A stretch of 64,000 nucleotides of DNA, from positions 22,028-86,027 of the forward strand of contig DATNIC010000003.1 of assembly GCA_035604635.1 (NCBI GenBank), given 5' to 3'. Within the stretch, counting starts at the first letter, position 1. Each line of letters starts with the position of its first letter. Both the position numbers and the translations under genes were made by a program. A model generated the notes under the pieces. It had not been told where the DNA came from. It did no database searches and saw only the letters and a list, made by a program, of their open reading frames with translations. This document shows, piece after piece, positions 1-9,228 of the stretch. The DNA comes from Candidatus Binatia bacterium. GTDB lineage: Bacteria > Vulcanimicrobiota > Vulcanimicrobiia > Vulcanimicrobiales > Vulcanimicrobiaceae.

Positions 1-3000
1 AAGCGTCTGCACGACCTCACGCAACGCTTCGTCGAGGGCAGCATTCGTGCTGCTGATCAGGACACGATGAAATTCCGTCAACGGGAGCGGCGCGACATTG
101 TTGAGCGCGATCGAGAGCACGGAGCGGTATTGTCCGATCGCCTCGGAGCGCGCCGTCCCGCGTTCGATCATCGAGCCGATGAGCGGAACGATGGCGATCC
201 AAGGAGCGACTGAGCCGAGCGGCGCCGCCTCGAGCGAGGGCAGGCTCGATCCGACCGCGACCGCGTCGACCGTCCCCCAGATCCGGACGTTCGTCGGCGC
301 CGGGAGCACGGCGGCGCGCACGCTCGAGTTCGAAATCGCTCCGAGCAAGTCACGCAGCGCACCACGGCTCACACCGTCTTCGAGATCTTTGGCCGTGAGC
401 GCATAACGCGGCAAGCGCAATTTGATGAACAGGCGATCGAGCGTCGTGCGCTGCGCTTCGCGCAACGCGTCGAGCCGCACTTGCACGCCTTCATCGGCGC
501 CGTGAATCGTATCGGGAAAGAATGCGCGCATCGCAAAGAAGTGGGTGATCAGGCCCTGGAAGTCGGCTTGTTCCAAGTACCGCAACGTGCGCGTGAGCCG
601 CTCTTCAGGCAAGTCGAGCGTCACGCTCAAAGCACCGACCTGTGCCTGCGCCGGCGCCGGCTCTTCGATGGACGTCACGGGGAGTTCCGCAGTCTCGCTT
701 GGCGCCGCTTGGGGAGCCGGCGCCCGTTCTGCACCTTCGACCGCCGCTTCCGCGAATTGCGCATCGCTGACGCTCGGCACCGGTTCCGCTCGAATGGGAA
801 CGGCGCGCGGCAACGCGGCGATTGCAGCGGGCGGCAGAATCGCTGCGGGCATCGGACGAGACGCCGGCGTTGCGGGCGGAACGTCGACGCCGCTCTCACG
901 CGCTGCGACGCCGGCAACGTTGAAAGGCAAGCCGTTCGCGCGCACCGCAAAGGCGGGCATCGAACGCACGCGCAATGGGATCGCGTCGACCTCATGGCGG
1001 ACGGTGTCATCCCATTCGACCTGCGCCTTCGCTTCGATCAACGTCCCCAGCGGTAATGGCGTATTCACAATAGCGGACCAGCGAATCAACGCCTCGACTC
1101 CGGGACCGACGTCCTCGAGACTTAATCCCTCGTCATGCCAGAGGAGCGAACCTCCATCGACGTCGAGTAGCGGGACATCGTTGACCGAGGTGCTTCCGGG
1201 GACGTAGACCGTGTTTGCGATCGGCGGCACGAAGACGGTGAGTTTGCGTGCCGCGCCGTCACCCGTGTTGCGCAGCATCAAGATGAAATAGAGCGGCGCA
1301 CCGCTCTCGACGGTTTCGACAGGCTGCGTGCGCAACGCCGCACCGTGGCGAAACTCCGGCGCCGCTTCGGTCGCGATCGTCACGGGGAAGAGCGCTAAAG
1401 GCAGCAGGCCGACGCCGGCGAGCCGGCCTTCGACCGAAATCGTGCTTCCGCGCTCGACGAAGCGCGCGAGACGGAAGCGGACCGTCGCCTCGGCGCTGGC
1501 ACCGGCCGCAACGTCGCCGAAGATCAGGGTCGAACCATCGCGTGACGCGCCCTCGACTGCTTCGAGACGTGCTTCAGGCGAGACGCGCAACGTCACGCGA
1601 ACGTCGCGGGAAAAATCGGAGCCTTCGTTCTCTATCCGGACCCGCACGTCGGTTGCGCGATCGGGCCGCAGCGGCTCGGTGCTCGAGAGCATAAGGCGGG
1701 AGCCGCTCGGCGTAAAGCGCGGCCGTGAACGCGCGACGAGGACGACGCTGCCGAGCGAAACGTGCTGCACTTCTCGGGTCGAAAGCGTCGCGCCGAGCCG
1801 CAGCTCGGTCCGATCGGCAAGCGGCGAGACGACGCGCGCGCGGACGACGATGGTGCGCGGCTCGAAGGGCTCGAGCGATCCCAGATCGACCGAATCGCTG
1901 CCGAGCTCACGCTCTTCGCCGTCGCCGATGCGATAGCGGATCTCTTGAAACGGGTCGTCGGTCGAGATCGTCAGCTTGGCGTCCGTCGCCGTCGTCGTCC
2001 CATCGTTTGCGACACTAATCAGGAACGAAACGAGCTCGCCGGGGCGCGCCGCAGAGCTGCCCCTGATCTCTATTTTGTTGCGTGCTTCCAGGAAGCGCGG
2101 GCGCGCTCGCAAGATCAGCGTCCGTTCGAGCGTGCGGTTCCCGGTTGACCACGTCAAATTCGCGCTCAACGGCAAACGCGTCCCATCCCGGGCGGGCGCG
2201 ACTGCGTACGCTTCGATCGCCGCTTCGATGCGCTGGCCGGCGGCGACGCGGTCGAACGTAAAGACACCGGGCTCTGCTCCCTCGCCGACCGCGCGCAGAT
2301 CCATCGTCCGCGATCCGGCCGCGTAGCGCAGCCCCTCGGGCAAATCGACGCGGACGCGGACGCCTTCCGCATCGCACGTCCCCGTATTGCGCGCGACCAG
2401 GGCGATGCGGACCCGCTCACCCGGCTCGACTTCGGCATCGCCGGAGACGACGATCGCGGTCTCGTCGCCGTCGAACCGGCTCGCGGATTGAACGACGAGT
2501 TCTGCACGCGCCAGGGGAAACTCCGGCGTCTCCGCTGAGGCGACGGCCCCATCGACGAACAACAGCGTCCCGTTCTCGAGCGGGATGTCGATCCGCGCGC
2601 GGTATTCGATCAACAGCGCGGCGCCGGCACCCAAGGTCCCGGCCGCGATCGGCGCGTGGGTGAACCCGAAGGGATCGCCGCGCTCGTCGACCGCGACCTC
2701 ACGCCCGTCGATCCGCGCGCTGCCCGGGACGTACGTAGTGCGATCGGGGATCGGCAGGACCACGATCACGTCGCGCGCGCTCGATTGACCGGAATTGAAG
2801 ACCCGTGCGACGATTTGCACCTCTTCTCCGGGTTCGGGCTCGCGGACGGGCTCGAGCATGACGGTCGTCGAGGCGTTGCGCAATTCGGGGGCGCTGCGCG
2901 CCACGAGCCGTACGATGTTGGAGCCGATGGCGGGGATCTCGAGCGACGCGATCGCCGCCTGCAGCTCGAGCACCGCGCCGTTCTCGATCGCAGGAGCGAC

Positions 3001-3330
3001 CGAATAGGAAATCGAGATCTTGCGCTCGGTCCCGGACGGGACTTCGCCGATGTCGGCGCCGTTGCTCGAGAGCAACGCCGTTTCGCCACCGGGTTCGTCG
3101 AGCGGTACGTCGTCGATCCGTGCGCTGCCGACGAGATAGCGCAGACCGTCGGGCAATGTAAAGCGGATCCGCAACCCGGTTGCCGACGCGCCACCCAAGT
3201 TGTAAAACGCGAACGTGGCGCGTACCGTCATCCCAGGTTCGACGAAGCGATCGGGAGAAACGACGAGGGTTCGCAACCCTTCGGGTAACGGTGATGCACC
3301 CGGCGCGAAAACATCCGTCAGGGTCCGCAT
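1..3330 (-). CDS. Large DUF11-type (conserved repeat domain / CARDB-like) repeat protein, partial: C-terminus lies beyond nt 1; at least 1110 codons visible
   Basis: Absent from the ORF track because it has no stop in the window: the minus frame (coordinate mod 3 = 0) is stop-free from TGA 3394-3396 down to nt 1. Hand translation from ATG 3330 gives MRTLTDVFAPGASPLPEGLRTLVVSPDRFVEPGMTVRATFAFYNLGGASATGLRIRFTLPDGLRYLVGSARIDD... It has six repeats of the pattern EPG..V.....V.N.G...A..V.V...LP.GL.YVPGS...DG, then a Pro/Ala linker and a helical C-terminal region (LTRTLRYLEQADFQGLITHFFAMRAFFPD...). Alternative ATG at 3384. No signal peptide seen. Confidence 0.75.
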   Translation of the reverse strand, partial: MRTLTDVFAPGASPLPEGLRTLVVSPDRFVEPGMTVRATFAFYNLGGASATGLRIRFTLPDGLRYLVGSARIDDVPLDEPGGETALLSSNGADIGEVPSGTERKISISYSVAPAIENGAVLELQAAIASLEIPAIGSNIVRLVARSAPELRNASTTVMLEPVREPEPGEEVQIVARVFNSGQSSARDVIVVLPIPDRTTYVPGSARIDGREVAVDERGDPFGFTHAPIAAGTLGAGAALLIEYRARIDIPLENGTLLFVDGAVASAETPEFPLARAELVVQSASRFDGDETAIVVSGDAEVEPGERVRIALVARNTGTCDAEGVRVRVDLPEGLRYAAGSRTMDLRAVGEGAEPGVFTFDRVAAGQRIEAAIEAYAVAPARDGTRLPLSANLTWSTGNRTLERTLILRARPRFLEARNKIEIRGSSAARPGELVSFLISVANDGTTTATDAKLTISTDDPFQEIRYRIGDGEERELGSDSVDLGSLEPFEPRTIVVRARVVSPLADRTELRLGATLSTREVQHVSLGSVVLVARSRPRFTPSGSRLMLSSTEPLRPDRATDVRVRIENEGSDFSRDVRVTLRVSPEARLEAVEGASRDGSTLIFGDVAAGASAEATVRFRLARFVERGSTISVEGRLAGVGLLPLALFPVTIATEAAPEFRHGAALRTQPVETVESGAPLYFILMLRNTGDGAARKLTVFVPPIANTVYVPGSTSVNDVPLLDVDGGSLLWHDEGLSLEDVGPGVEALIRWSAIVNTPLPLGTLIEAKAQVEWDDTVRHEVDAIPLRVRSMPAFAVRANGLPFNVAGVAARESGVDVPPATPASRPMPAAILPPAAIAALPRAVPIRAEPVPSVSDAQFAEAAVEGAERAPAPQAAPSETAELPVTSIEEPAPAQAQVGALSVTLDLPEERLTRTLRYLEQADFQGLITHFFAMRAFFPDTIHGADEGVQVRLDALREAQRTTLDRLFIKLRLPRYALTAKDLEDGVSRGALRDLLGAISNSSVRAAVLPAPTNVRIWGTVDAVAVGSSLPSLEAAPLGSVAPWIAIVPLIGSMIERGTARSEAIGQYRSVLSIALNNVAPLPLTEFHRVLISSTNAALDEALREVVQTL

Positions 3331-3399
3331 AATGCCCGACGGACGTTCGTCGCAGCAATGCAGCCGACCTTGACCGCTTTTCATAGGGACCCATCACAT

Positions 3400-4596
3400 A
3401 TGTTCACGGCCCGACCGACCGATCAACTCTCGCGCGGCTACTCCCGGCTCGGGAGCGAAAAGGCGTTTGAGGTCCTCGGCTTGGCGCGGGCATTGGAAGC
3501 GGAGGGCCGGTCGATCGTCCATCTCGAGATCGGCGAGCCGGACTTCGATACGCCCGACCACATCAAACGCGCCGGCATCGCCGCGATCGAAAAAAACTAC
3601 ACGCACTACGCGCCCGTCCCGGGGATTCCCGAACTGCGCGACGAGATCGCGCGCCATGCTGCGAAGGAACGTGGTGTCGCTCCGTTCGCGCGCGACAACG
3701 TCGTCGTCGGCCCCGGCTGCAAGATGGTGATCTGGAACGTCCTCTCCGCGTTGATCGACCCCGGAGACGAAGTCGTCCTCACCGATCCCGGCTACCCTGC
3801 GTACGCCTCGGCGCTCTCGTACTTGCAGGCGAAGATGGTCCTGGTCCCGCTGCTCGAATCGCGCAACTTCGAATTCGACCTCGACGTACTCGGCGCGCGG
3901 GTCACCGCACGGACGAAGCTGATCATTCTGAACACGCCGCAGAATCCGACCGGCGGCGTCCTTTCCAAAGGCGACCTGCAAGCCGTCGCCGAGCTCGCGC
4001 AGCGGCACGACTGCATGGTCCTCGTCGACGAGATCTACCATCGGCACCTCTACACCGGCGAACCGTTCGTTTCGATCGCCGCGTTGCCGGGGATGCGCGA
4101 GCGCACCATCCTGATCGACGGCTTTTCGAAAGCCTATGCGATGACCGGCTGGCGCCTGGGGTACGGCGTCATGCCGGAGTGGCTCGCGCACGCGACGACG
4201 CTGTTCAACAACAACACGTTCTCGTGCGTCTCGACGTTCGTGCAAATCGCGGGGATCGAGGCACTCACCGGCCCCGACGAGCCGATCGCAGCGATGGCGG
4301 AGACGCTTCACAAGCGGCGCGACGTCCTGATCGCGGGACTCAATGTACTTCCCGGCGTCTCGTGCACGCTGCCGAACGGTGCCTTCTACGCCTTTCCGAA
4401 TATCTCGCGCATCACCAAAGACGACCAGGAGCTCGCGCGCTACCTGCTCGAGGACGCCGGCGTCGCCGTGTTGGGCGGCTCGTCTTTCGGAGATGCCGGC
4501 GCAGGCTACCTGCGCCTCTCGTATGCGAGCTCGATTGAAAACATCGAGGTAGCGCTCGAACGAATGCGCAAAGCGCTTCCGAAATATCGCGACTAA
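3400..4596 (+). CDS. Class I/II PLP-dependent aminotransferase (aspartate/aromatic aminotransferase-like)
   Basis: ORF 3358..4596. Motifs HLEIGEPDFDTP, NTPQNPTGG and SKAYAMTGWRLGY (PLP lysine). Start placed at in-frame ATG 3400 (MFTARP...); ATG 3358 is also possible. Confidence 0.85.
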   Translation: MFTARPTDQLSRGYSRLGSEKAFEVLGLARALEAEGRSIVHLEIGEPDFDTPDHIKRAGIAAIEKNYTHYAPVPGIPELRDEIARHAAKERGVAPFARDNVVVGPGCKMVIWNVLSALIDPGDEVVLTDPGYPAYASALSYLQAKMVLVPLLESRNFEFDLDVLGARVTARTKLIILNTPQNPTGGVLSKGDLQAVAELAQRHDCMVLVDEIYHRHLYTGEPFVSIAALPGMRERTILIDGFSKAYAMTGWRLGYGVMPEWLAHATTLFNNNTFSCVSTFVQIAGIEALTGPDEPIAAMAETLHKRRDVLIAGLNVLPGVSCTLPNGAFYAFPNISRITKDDQELARYLLEDAGVAVLGGSSFGDAGAGYLRLSYASSIENIEVALERMRKALPKYRD

Positions 4597-4598
4597 AC

Positions 4599-5396
4599 CT
4601 ACTTGAGGTTTTGCGCGAGGAACGCCTTGACGCGGTCGTGCGCGTCCTTCGTCGCGTCGGGATCGAAGTTCATCGTGTAGATATTCGTGCCCACGTGAAC
4701 CGTCCCCCGATCTGCCGGATTGTCGAAAGCGTGCGTTGCGTTCGGATACGTGTACGCCGTCACCGGGTAACCCCGCTGCGCCAACGCCGCCGCGTCGCGT
4801 TCACACGGTTCGGCCGGTGTCCAATCGTCGGCAGAACCGAGGAGGACGAGTAGCGGTGCGGCAACCCCGACGGAGCTCATCATCGCGCACACGGGGTACA
4901 ATGCGACGGCGGCCCGGAAGCTTGCGCCTTGCATCACGGTATCGACGAATCGTTTGTCGTCGCTGACCAGGGCGGTCCCGGCGCCGTGGGACCAGCCGAT
5001 CACGCCGACGCGTGCACCGTCGACCTCGGAACGCGTCCGCAGAAACGCAAGTCCACCGTAAGCGTCGAACGCCCGCGTCCGCATGTTCGGAGGCCCGCCC
5101 GTGCAGACGTTGCGCACGCCGCGCGGTCCGAAGCTGTCAACGACCAGCGCTTCATAACCGTTCACCGCGAACCACCCACCCCAGTCTTGCTCGTGCTTCT
5201 GGGGTCCGCCGCAAGTGTGCAGCAAGACCATCGCCGGAAACGGGCCGGGTCCCGCAGGACGGTAGAGCGTCGCCGTCAGCTGACCTTTGAAGTTCGTATC
5301 GAGGCTCGGAAAGGTCACGCTCTCGCGCGCGCTCTGCGCCTGCGCGATCGATAGAAGCGCGACGGCGAAAATGACGCATGCCGCAGCACGTTTCAC
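4599..5396 (-). CDS. Secreted dienelactone hydrolase family protein
   Basis: ORF 265 aa. Signal peptide MKRAAACVIFAVALLSIAQA; alpha/beta hydrolase motifs GWSHGAG (nucleophile elbow), SADDWTP, ATHAFD. Confidence 0.8.
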   Translation of the reverse strand: MKRAAACVIFAVALLSIAQAQSARESVTFPSLDTNFKGQLTATLYRPAGPGPFPAMVLLHTCGGPQKHEQDWGGWFAVNGYEALVVDSFGPRGVRNVCTGGPPNMRTRAFDAYGGLAFLRTRSEVDGARVGVIGWSHGAGTALVSDDKRFVDTVMQGASFRAAVALYPVCAMMSSVGVAAPLLVLLGSADDWTPAEPCERDAAALAQRGYPVTAYTYPNATHAFDNPADRGTVHVGTNIYTMNFDPDATKDAHDRVKAFLAQNLK

Positions 5397-5409
5397 GGCA
5401 ATCCTCCGG

Positions 5410-6402
5410 TCAGCTTAGTTTCATGGCATCTTTTGCCGCCCGCAACGTCTGCGCCGCTACCGCTCGCGCCTTGTTACTACCTTCGTTGAGGATCCGCTTG
5501 ACGGCGCCGTCCTCAATCTGCGCACGGCGCTCGCGGATCGGGCGGAGCCAGCCGTTGAGGTTTTCGGCGAGCTCGCCCTTGCATTGCACGCATCCGAGTG
5601 CGCCCGAGCGGCAGTTCTCCTCGATCCACGGCAGGCGCGGCTCGTTTCCAAGCTTGTGCAGCGTGAAGACCGGGCAAATCTCCGGACGGCCGGGATCGTT
5701 CTTGCGCACCTTCTGCGGATCGGTGAACATCGTGCGCAGCTTCTTGGTCGTCGTCTCATCGTCGTCGGCGATATCGATCGTGTTGCCGTACGACTTGGAC
5801 ATCTTGCGTCCGTCGGTCCCCGGGACTGCCGGAAAATCCGAGAGCGTCGCCTCCGCCTCGACGAGCGTCTCGCCGTAGAGATGATTGAAGCGCCGCACGA
5901 TCTCGCGGCCGAGTTCGAGATGTGCGAGCTGATCGCGACCGACTGGGACGCGGTTCGCACCCACGATCGCAACGTCGACCGTTTGGAGCAGCGGATACCC
6001 CAGGAACCCGAAGGTCGCGATCTCGCCTCCAAGCTGTTCGATCTGTTCCTTATATGTAGGGACCCGCTGCAGCCACGAGACGGGGGTGATCATCGAGAGC
6101 AGCACGTGAAGTTCCGAGATCTCGGGGATGCGCGACTGCACATAGATGGTCGAACGCAAGGGATCGAGACCGGCTGCCAGCCAGTCGCGGACCATCTCTA
6201 CGGTGTTGGGCCTGATCTCGCTCGTCTCGGCGAACCCGGTCGTCAGTGCGTGCAGATCGGCGACTTCGAAGAAGACCTCGCTTGCGCGGGCCATTTCGAC
6301 CCACTGGGACAGCGCCCCAACGAGGTGCCCAATGTGCAAGCGGCCCGTCGGCCGCATGCCGGACATCACGCGTATTTTGGTACGTTTTTGCGCGGCAACC
6401 AT
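5410..6402 (-). CDS. trpS: Tryptophan--tRNA ligase
   Basis: ORF 330 aa. Class I aaRS motifs GRLHIGH (HIGH) and KMSKS; overall TrpRS-like length and sequence. Confidence 0.93.
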   Translation of the reverse strand: MVAAQKRTKIRVMSGMRPTGRLHIGHLVGALSQWVEMARASEVFFEVADLHALTTGFAETSEIRPNTVEMVRDWLAAGLDPLRSTIYVQSRIPEISELHVLLSMITPVSWLQRVPTYKEQIEQLGGEIATFGFLGYPLLQTVDVAIVGANRVPVGRDQLAHLELGREIVRRFNHLYGETLVEAEATLSDFPAVPGTDGRKMSKSYGNTIDIADDDETTTKKLRTMFTDPQKVRKNDPGRPEICPVFTLHKLGNEPRLPWIEENCRSGALGCVQCKGELAENLNGWLRPIRERRAQIEDGAVKRILNEGSNKARAVAAQTLRAAKDAMKLS

Positions 6403-6563
6403 CGCTTTTTGGTGCTAGTTGCGCGCCTGGGGGCCGTATGCTACGATGCGGGCATCGTAACCCTGGCTTTCGAACCACGCGCGGTCCCGGGACAGTTGGA
6501 GTGCCATCCACTTCAGGTACTTAGCGAGTCGAAACCGTCCCACGAACAACAAGGAGCCTCGCT

Positions 6564-6911
6564 TTGTATACTGACGAACGGCTGACCTGCACCGATTGCG
6601 GCGCAGAGTTCGTTTTTAGCGCCGGAGAACAAGAGTTCTTCGCGAGCAAAGGATTTCAAAACAAACCGAATCGCTGCCCAGACTGCCGCGCCGCGCGCAA
6701 AGCAGCGCGCTCGGGCGGCGGCGGCGGCGCCGCCGGCGGAATGTCGTCGGGCCGCGCCGGCGGAGGCGGATACGGCGGCGGACAACGCGAGATGTACTCG
6801 GTCACCTGCAGCGAGTGCGGACAGCCGGCGGAAGTTCCGTTCCAACCGCGCGGCGACAAGCCGGTCTACTGCCGCGAGTGCTTCCAAAAAAGCCGCTCCG
6901 GCTACCGCTGA
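6564..6911 (+). CDS. Double CxxC...CxxC zinc-ribbon protein with Gly-rich (RGG-like) linker
   Basis: ORF 115 aa starting at TTG, 7 nt after AAGGAG (6551-6556). Two ribbons, CTDC...CPDC and CSEC...CREC, separated by SGGGGGAAGG...GGGGYGGG. Resembles the widespread small zinc-ribbon domain-containing protein family. Confidence 0.75.
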   Translation: MYTDERLTCTDCGAEFVFSAGEQEFFASKGFQNKPNRCPDCRAARKAARSGGGGGAAGGMSSGRAGGGGYGGGQREMYSVTCSECGQPAEVPFQPRGDKPVYCRECFQKSRSGYR

Positions 6912-6937
6912 CTTCGTAACTGAAGGAGCGAACAATC

Positions 6938-6961
6938 GAAGAGCGCCGCAAGGCGCTCTTC
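6938..6961. terminator. Bidirectional intrinsic-terminator-like hairpin between convergent genes
   Basis: GAAGAGCGCC-GCAA-GGCGCTCTTC: 10-bp perfect stem with a GNRA loop, between the zinc-ribbon stop (6911) and the thiD stop (6962). Followed by TTAATA on + and preceded by an A-rich run. Confidence 0.6.
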
Positions 6962-7735
6962 TTAATAGGCGACGTGCATGTTTGCGAAGTTTCGGGCCTG
7001 CCCGATTCGCTCGCGCACGACTGCGCGAGCGCGCCGCACCGCCTCGACGAGCGGTGTCGCCCGCGCGAGCTCGAAGGCCAGCGCTGCGGCGAGGACGCAC
7101 CCCGTCCCGCGCATTGTGCCCGGAAGGCGGACATCTTCGAAGCGCGTCATCTCGCCGTCGCGGCACAGGACGTCGATCGCCCGGCCGCTCAGATGGCCGC
7201 CCTTGAGCAACACCGCGCGGGCGCCGAGCTCGCAGAGACTTCGGGCGGCGTGCTCCATCGACGCGACGTCGGCGATCGGCTCGTTCGTCTCGAGTAGGAT
7301 CCGGGCTTCCTCGAGGTTCGGCGTGACGACGTCGCACCGCGGGAACAGTCGATCGCGCATTGCCGCGATCGTTGCGGCATCCGCGAGGACGCCGCCGTCG
7401 CTCGAGGCGATCACCGGATCGAACACCGCCGGGATGCCGTACGATCGCTCGAGGATCGCCCCGACGCTGCGCACGCTCTCCGGCGAGAGCAACGCGCCGA
7501 CGCGAATTGCATCGATGCGGGCGTGGCGTAACGAGGCGAATTGCGCGGCGATCGTCTGTGCATCGACCGGCATGCGCGCGACGACCCCGTCGGGCCCTTG
7601 GGCGCTGATCCCGGCGACGACGCTCACCGTGCGTGCGCCGAGCTCATGCAGGACCAAGAGATCGAGGCCTAGTCCCGCGACGTTCCACGGATGGGTCGTC
7701 CCGATCGAGCAGACCACCGGCCGGCGGTCCGTCAC
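6962..7735 (-). CDS. thiD: Hydroxymethylpyrimidine/phosphomethylpyrimidine kinase
   Basis: C-terminal 257 codons of ORF 6962..8191 (VTDRRPVVCSIGTTHPWNVAGLGLDL...GTGCVLAAALA). GTG start at 7735 overlaps the thiE stop (GTGA). The upstream 152 codons are Arg-rich antisense of thiE. Confidence 0.88.
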   Translation of the reverse strand: MTDRRPVVCSIGTTHPWNVAGLGLDLLVLHELGARTVSVVAGISAQGPDGVVARMPVDAQTIAAQFASLRHARIDAIRVGALLSPESVRSVGAILERSYGIPAVFDPVIASSDGGVLADAATIAAMRDRLFPRCDVVTPNLEEARILLETNEPIADVASMEHAARSLCELGARAVLLKGGHLSGRAIDVLCRDGEMTRFEDVRLPGTMRGTGCVLAAALAFELARATPLVEAVRRARAVVRERIGQARNFANMHVAY

Positions 7736-8367
7736 GCGCGCGACTCCCAAGCCGCAACCAGCGCCCGCGCCGTAGCGGCGACATCGGTCGCGCCGGCAAG
7801 CGCCGAGATCATTGCCGCCATGGTCGCCCCGCTTGCGCGGACATCGCCCAGGCGGGAACGATCGATCCCTCCGATGGCGACGACCGGGACGCGGCTCGCA
7901 CGCACGACGGCCGCGACGCCGGCGACACCGATCGGAGCGCCGGCATCGCTCTTGCTTGCCGTCGCGAACATTGGTCCGACGCCGAGGTAATCCGCGCCGA
8001 CCGCATTCGCGATCTCCGCTTCGGCCGGCGTCCCGCAAGAGAGACCGATGACTTTGTCGGCGAGCACTCCGCGCAGCACCGCCAGGTCGACGAGCGCGGC
8101 ATCCTCTTGCCCGAGGTGGATCCCGTCGGCCGATCGGGCCGCCTCGACGTCGTCGTTGACGATGAGCAGTGCCCCGTCGGCGTGAGCGCACGCGACGAGA
8201 GCGCGCAGCTGTGCGGGATCGATCCCGTCCTTCGCGCGCAGTTGAACGACGCGGATCCCGCCGGCGACCAGCGCGGCCCCGAAGCCGACCGGATCGGCGG
8301 TGACGGCGGTATCGACGATTGCGTAGATGCCGTCGGCGAGCGACGGCCAGCGTTCGCGCGGCGTCAT
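7732..8367 (-). CDS. thiE: Thiamine-phosphate synthase
   Basis: ORF 211 aa. ThiE-like sequence: IYAIVD...VQLRAK...HLGQED...GVGPMFAT.SK...VVAIGGI. Confidence 0.9.
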   Translation of the reverse strand: MTPRERWPSLADGIYAIVDTAVTADPVGFGAALVAGGIRVVQLRAKDGIDPAQLRALVACAHADGALLIVNDDVEAARSADGIHLGQEDAALVDLAVLRGVLADKVIGLSCGTPAEAEIANAVGADYLGVGPMFATASKSDAGAPIGVAGVAAVVRASRVPVVAIGGIDRSRLGDVRASGATMAAMISALAGATDVAATARALVAAWESRA

Positions 8368-8382
8368 CGGACGGCGGGGCGG

Positions 8383-9228
8383 CTAGAGATCCAAGAGCAG
8401 ATCGACGATGCGCGCGAGATCGCTCTGATCGGCGTAGCGGATCTCGATCGAGCCCCCGGCACCGCGCCCGACGATCGCAACGTGCGTCCCTAGCCTGTAC
8501 CGCAAGCGTTCGACGACCGCATCGACGTCGGCGTTGCCGTCTTTGGAGCGCCTCGGCGGCGTCGGGGTTCCCGCGGTTTTTCGGCGCTGCGCAAGGGCCT
8601 CGACGGCACGCACCGACAGACCGCGAGCGACGATCATCCGGGCAAAGTCTTCGCGCTCGGCTTCAGGGACCGCGAGCAACGCCTTCGCGTGGCCGGACGT
8701 AAGCGAGCCACTGCGCAGCGCCGCTTTGATGGTTTGCGAGAGGCCCAGCAGACGCAGTGCGTTCGTGACGGTCGGACGGCCTTTGCCGACGCGATCGGCG
8801 ACTTGATCCTGCGTTAAACCGTACGTGTCGATGAGGTGTTGAAAGCCCATCGCTTCCTCGAGCGGATCGAGATTCTCGCGCTGCAGATTCTCGACGATCG
8901 CGACTTCGAGGCTCTCGCGATCGTCTGCATCGCGCATGATCGCCGGGATTGTCTCGAGTTGTGCAGCCATGGCAGCGCGCCAGCGGCGCTCGCCGGCGAT
9001 GAGTTCGAAACCGTCGTCGCGGCGGCGAACGATGATGGGGACGAGAACCCCGAGCTCGGCAATCGAGCGGCGTAGCTCGTCCAAACTCGCAGGATCGAAG
9101 TTGGTTCGGGGCTGCTGTGGATTGGGCCGGATCTGCGTGACCGGTATCGGCCGCACCGTTGATGACTGATCGGGGCCGAGCAACGCACCCAATCCACTCC
9201 CCAGACCTCTGCGGGGGGCTGCGCTCAC
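8383..9228 (-). CDS. parB: Chromosome partitioning protein ParB/Spo0J
   Basis: ORF 281 aa. ParB-box motifs IRPNPQQPRTNFD and LIAGERRWRAA, plus an HTH region. GTG start overlaps the parA stop (GTGA). Confidence 0.92.
   Translation of the reverse strand: MSAAPRRGLGSGLGALLGPDQSSTVRPIPVTQIRPNPQQPRTNFDPASLDELRRSIAELGVLVPIIVRRRDDGFELIAGERRWRAAMAAQLETIPAIMRDADDRESLEVAIVENLQRENLDPLEEAMGFQHLIDTYGLTQDQVADRVGKGRPTVTNALRLLGLSQTIKAALRSGSLTSGHAKALLAVPEAEREDFARMIVARGLSVRAVEALAQRRKTAGTPTPPRRSKDGNADVDAVVERLRYRLGTHVAIVGRGAGGSIEIRYADQSDLARIVDLLLDL

Noticed and set aside
98-3288. Numerous + strand ORFs in the track (e.g. 545..1207, 1328..1936, 2656..3288) and minus ORFs in the two other frames
   Set aside because: They have Arg/Ala/Ser/Pro-rich low-complexity translations with no motifs. 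They are antisense or out-of-frame shadows of the 3.3-kb stop-free DUF11-repeat frame, as expected at this GC content.
6403-6563. T-box riboswitch call for the trpS leader
   Set aside because: Only fragmentary resemblance (UGGA, ACCGCG). The tRNA-acceptor-binding UGGN bulge context and a terminator or sequestrator helix could not be identified by eye. Kept only as a low-interest candidate.
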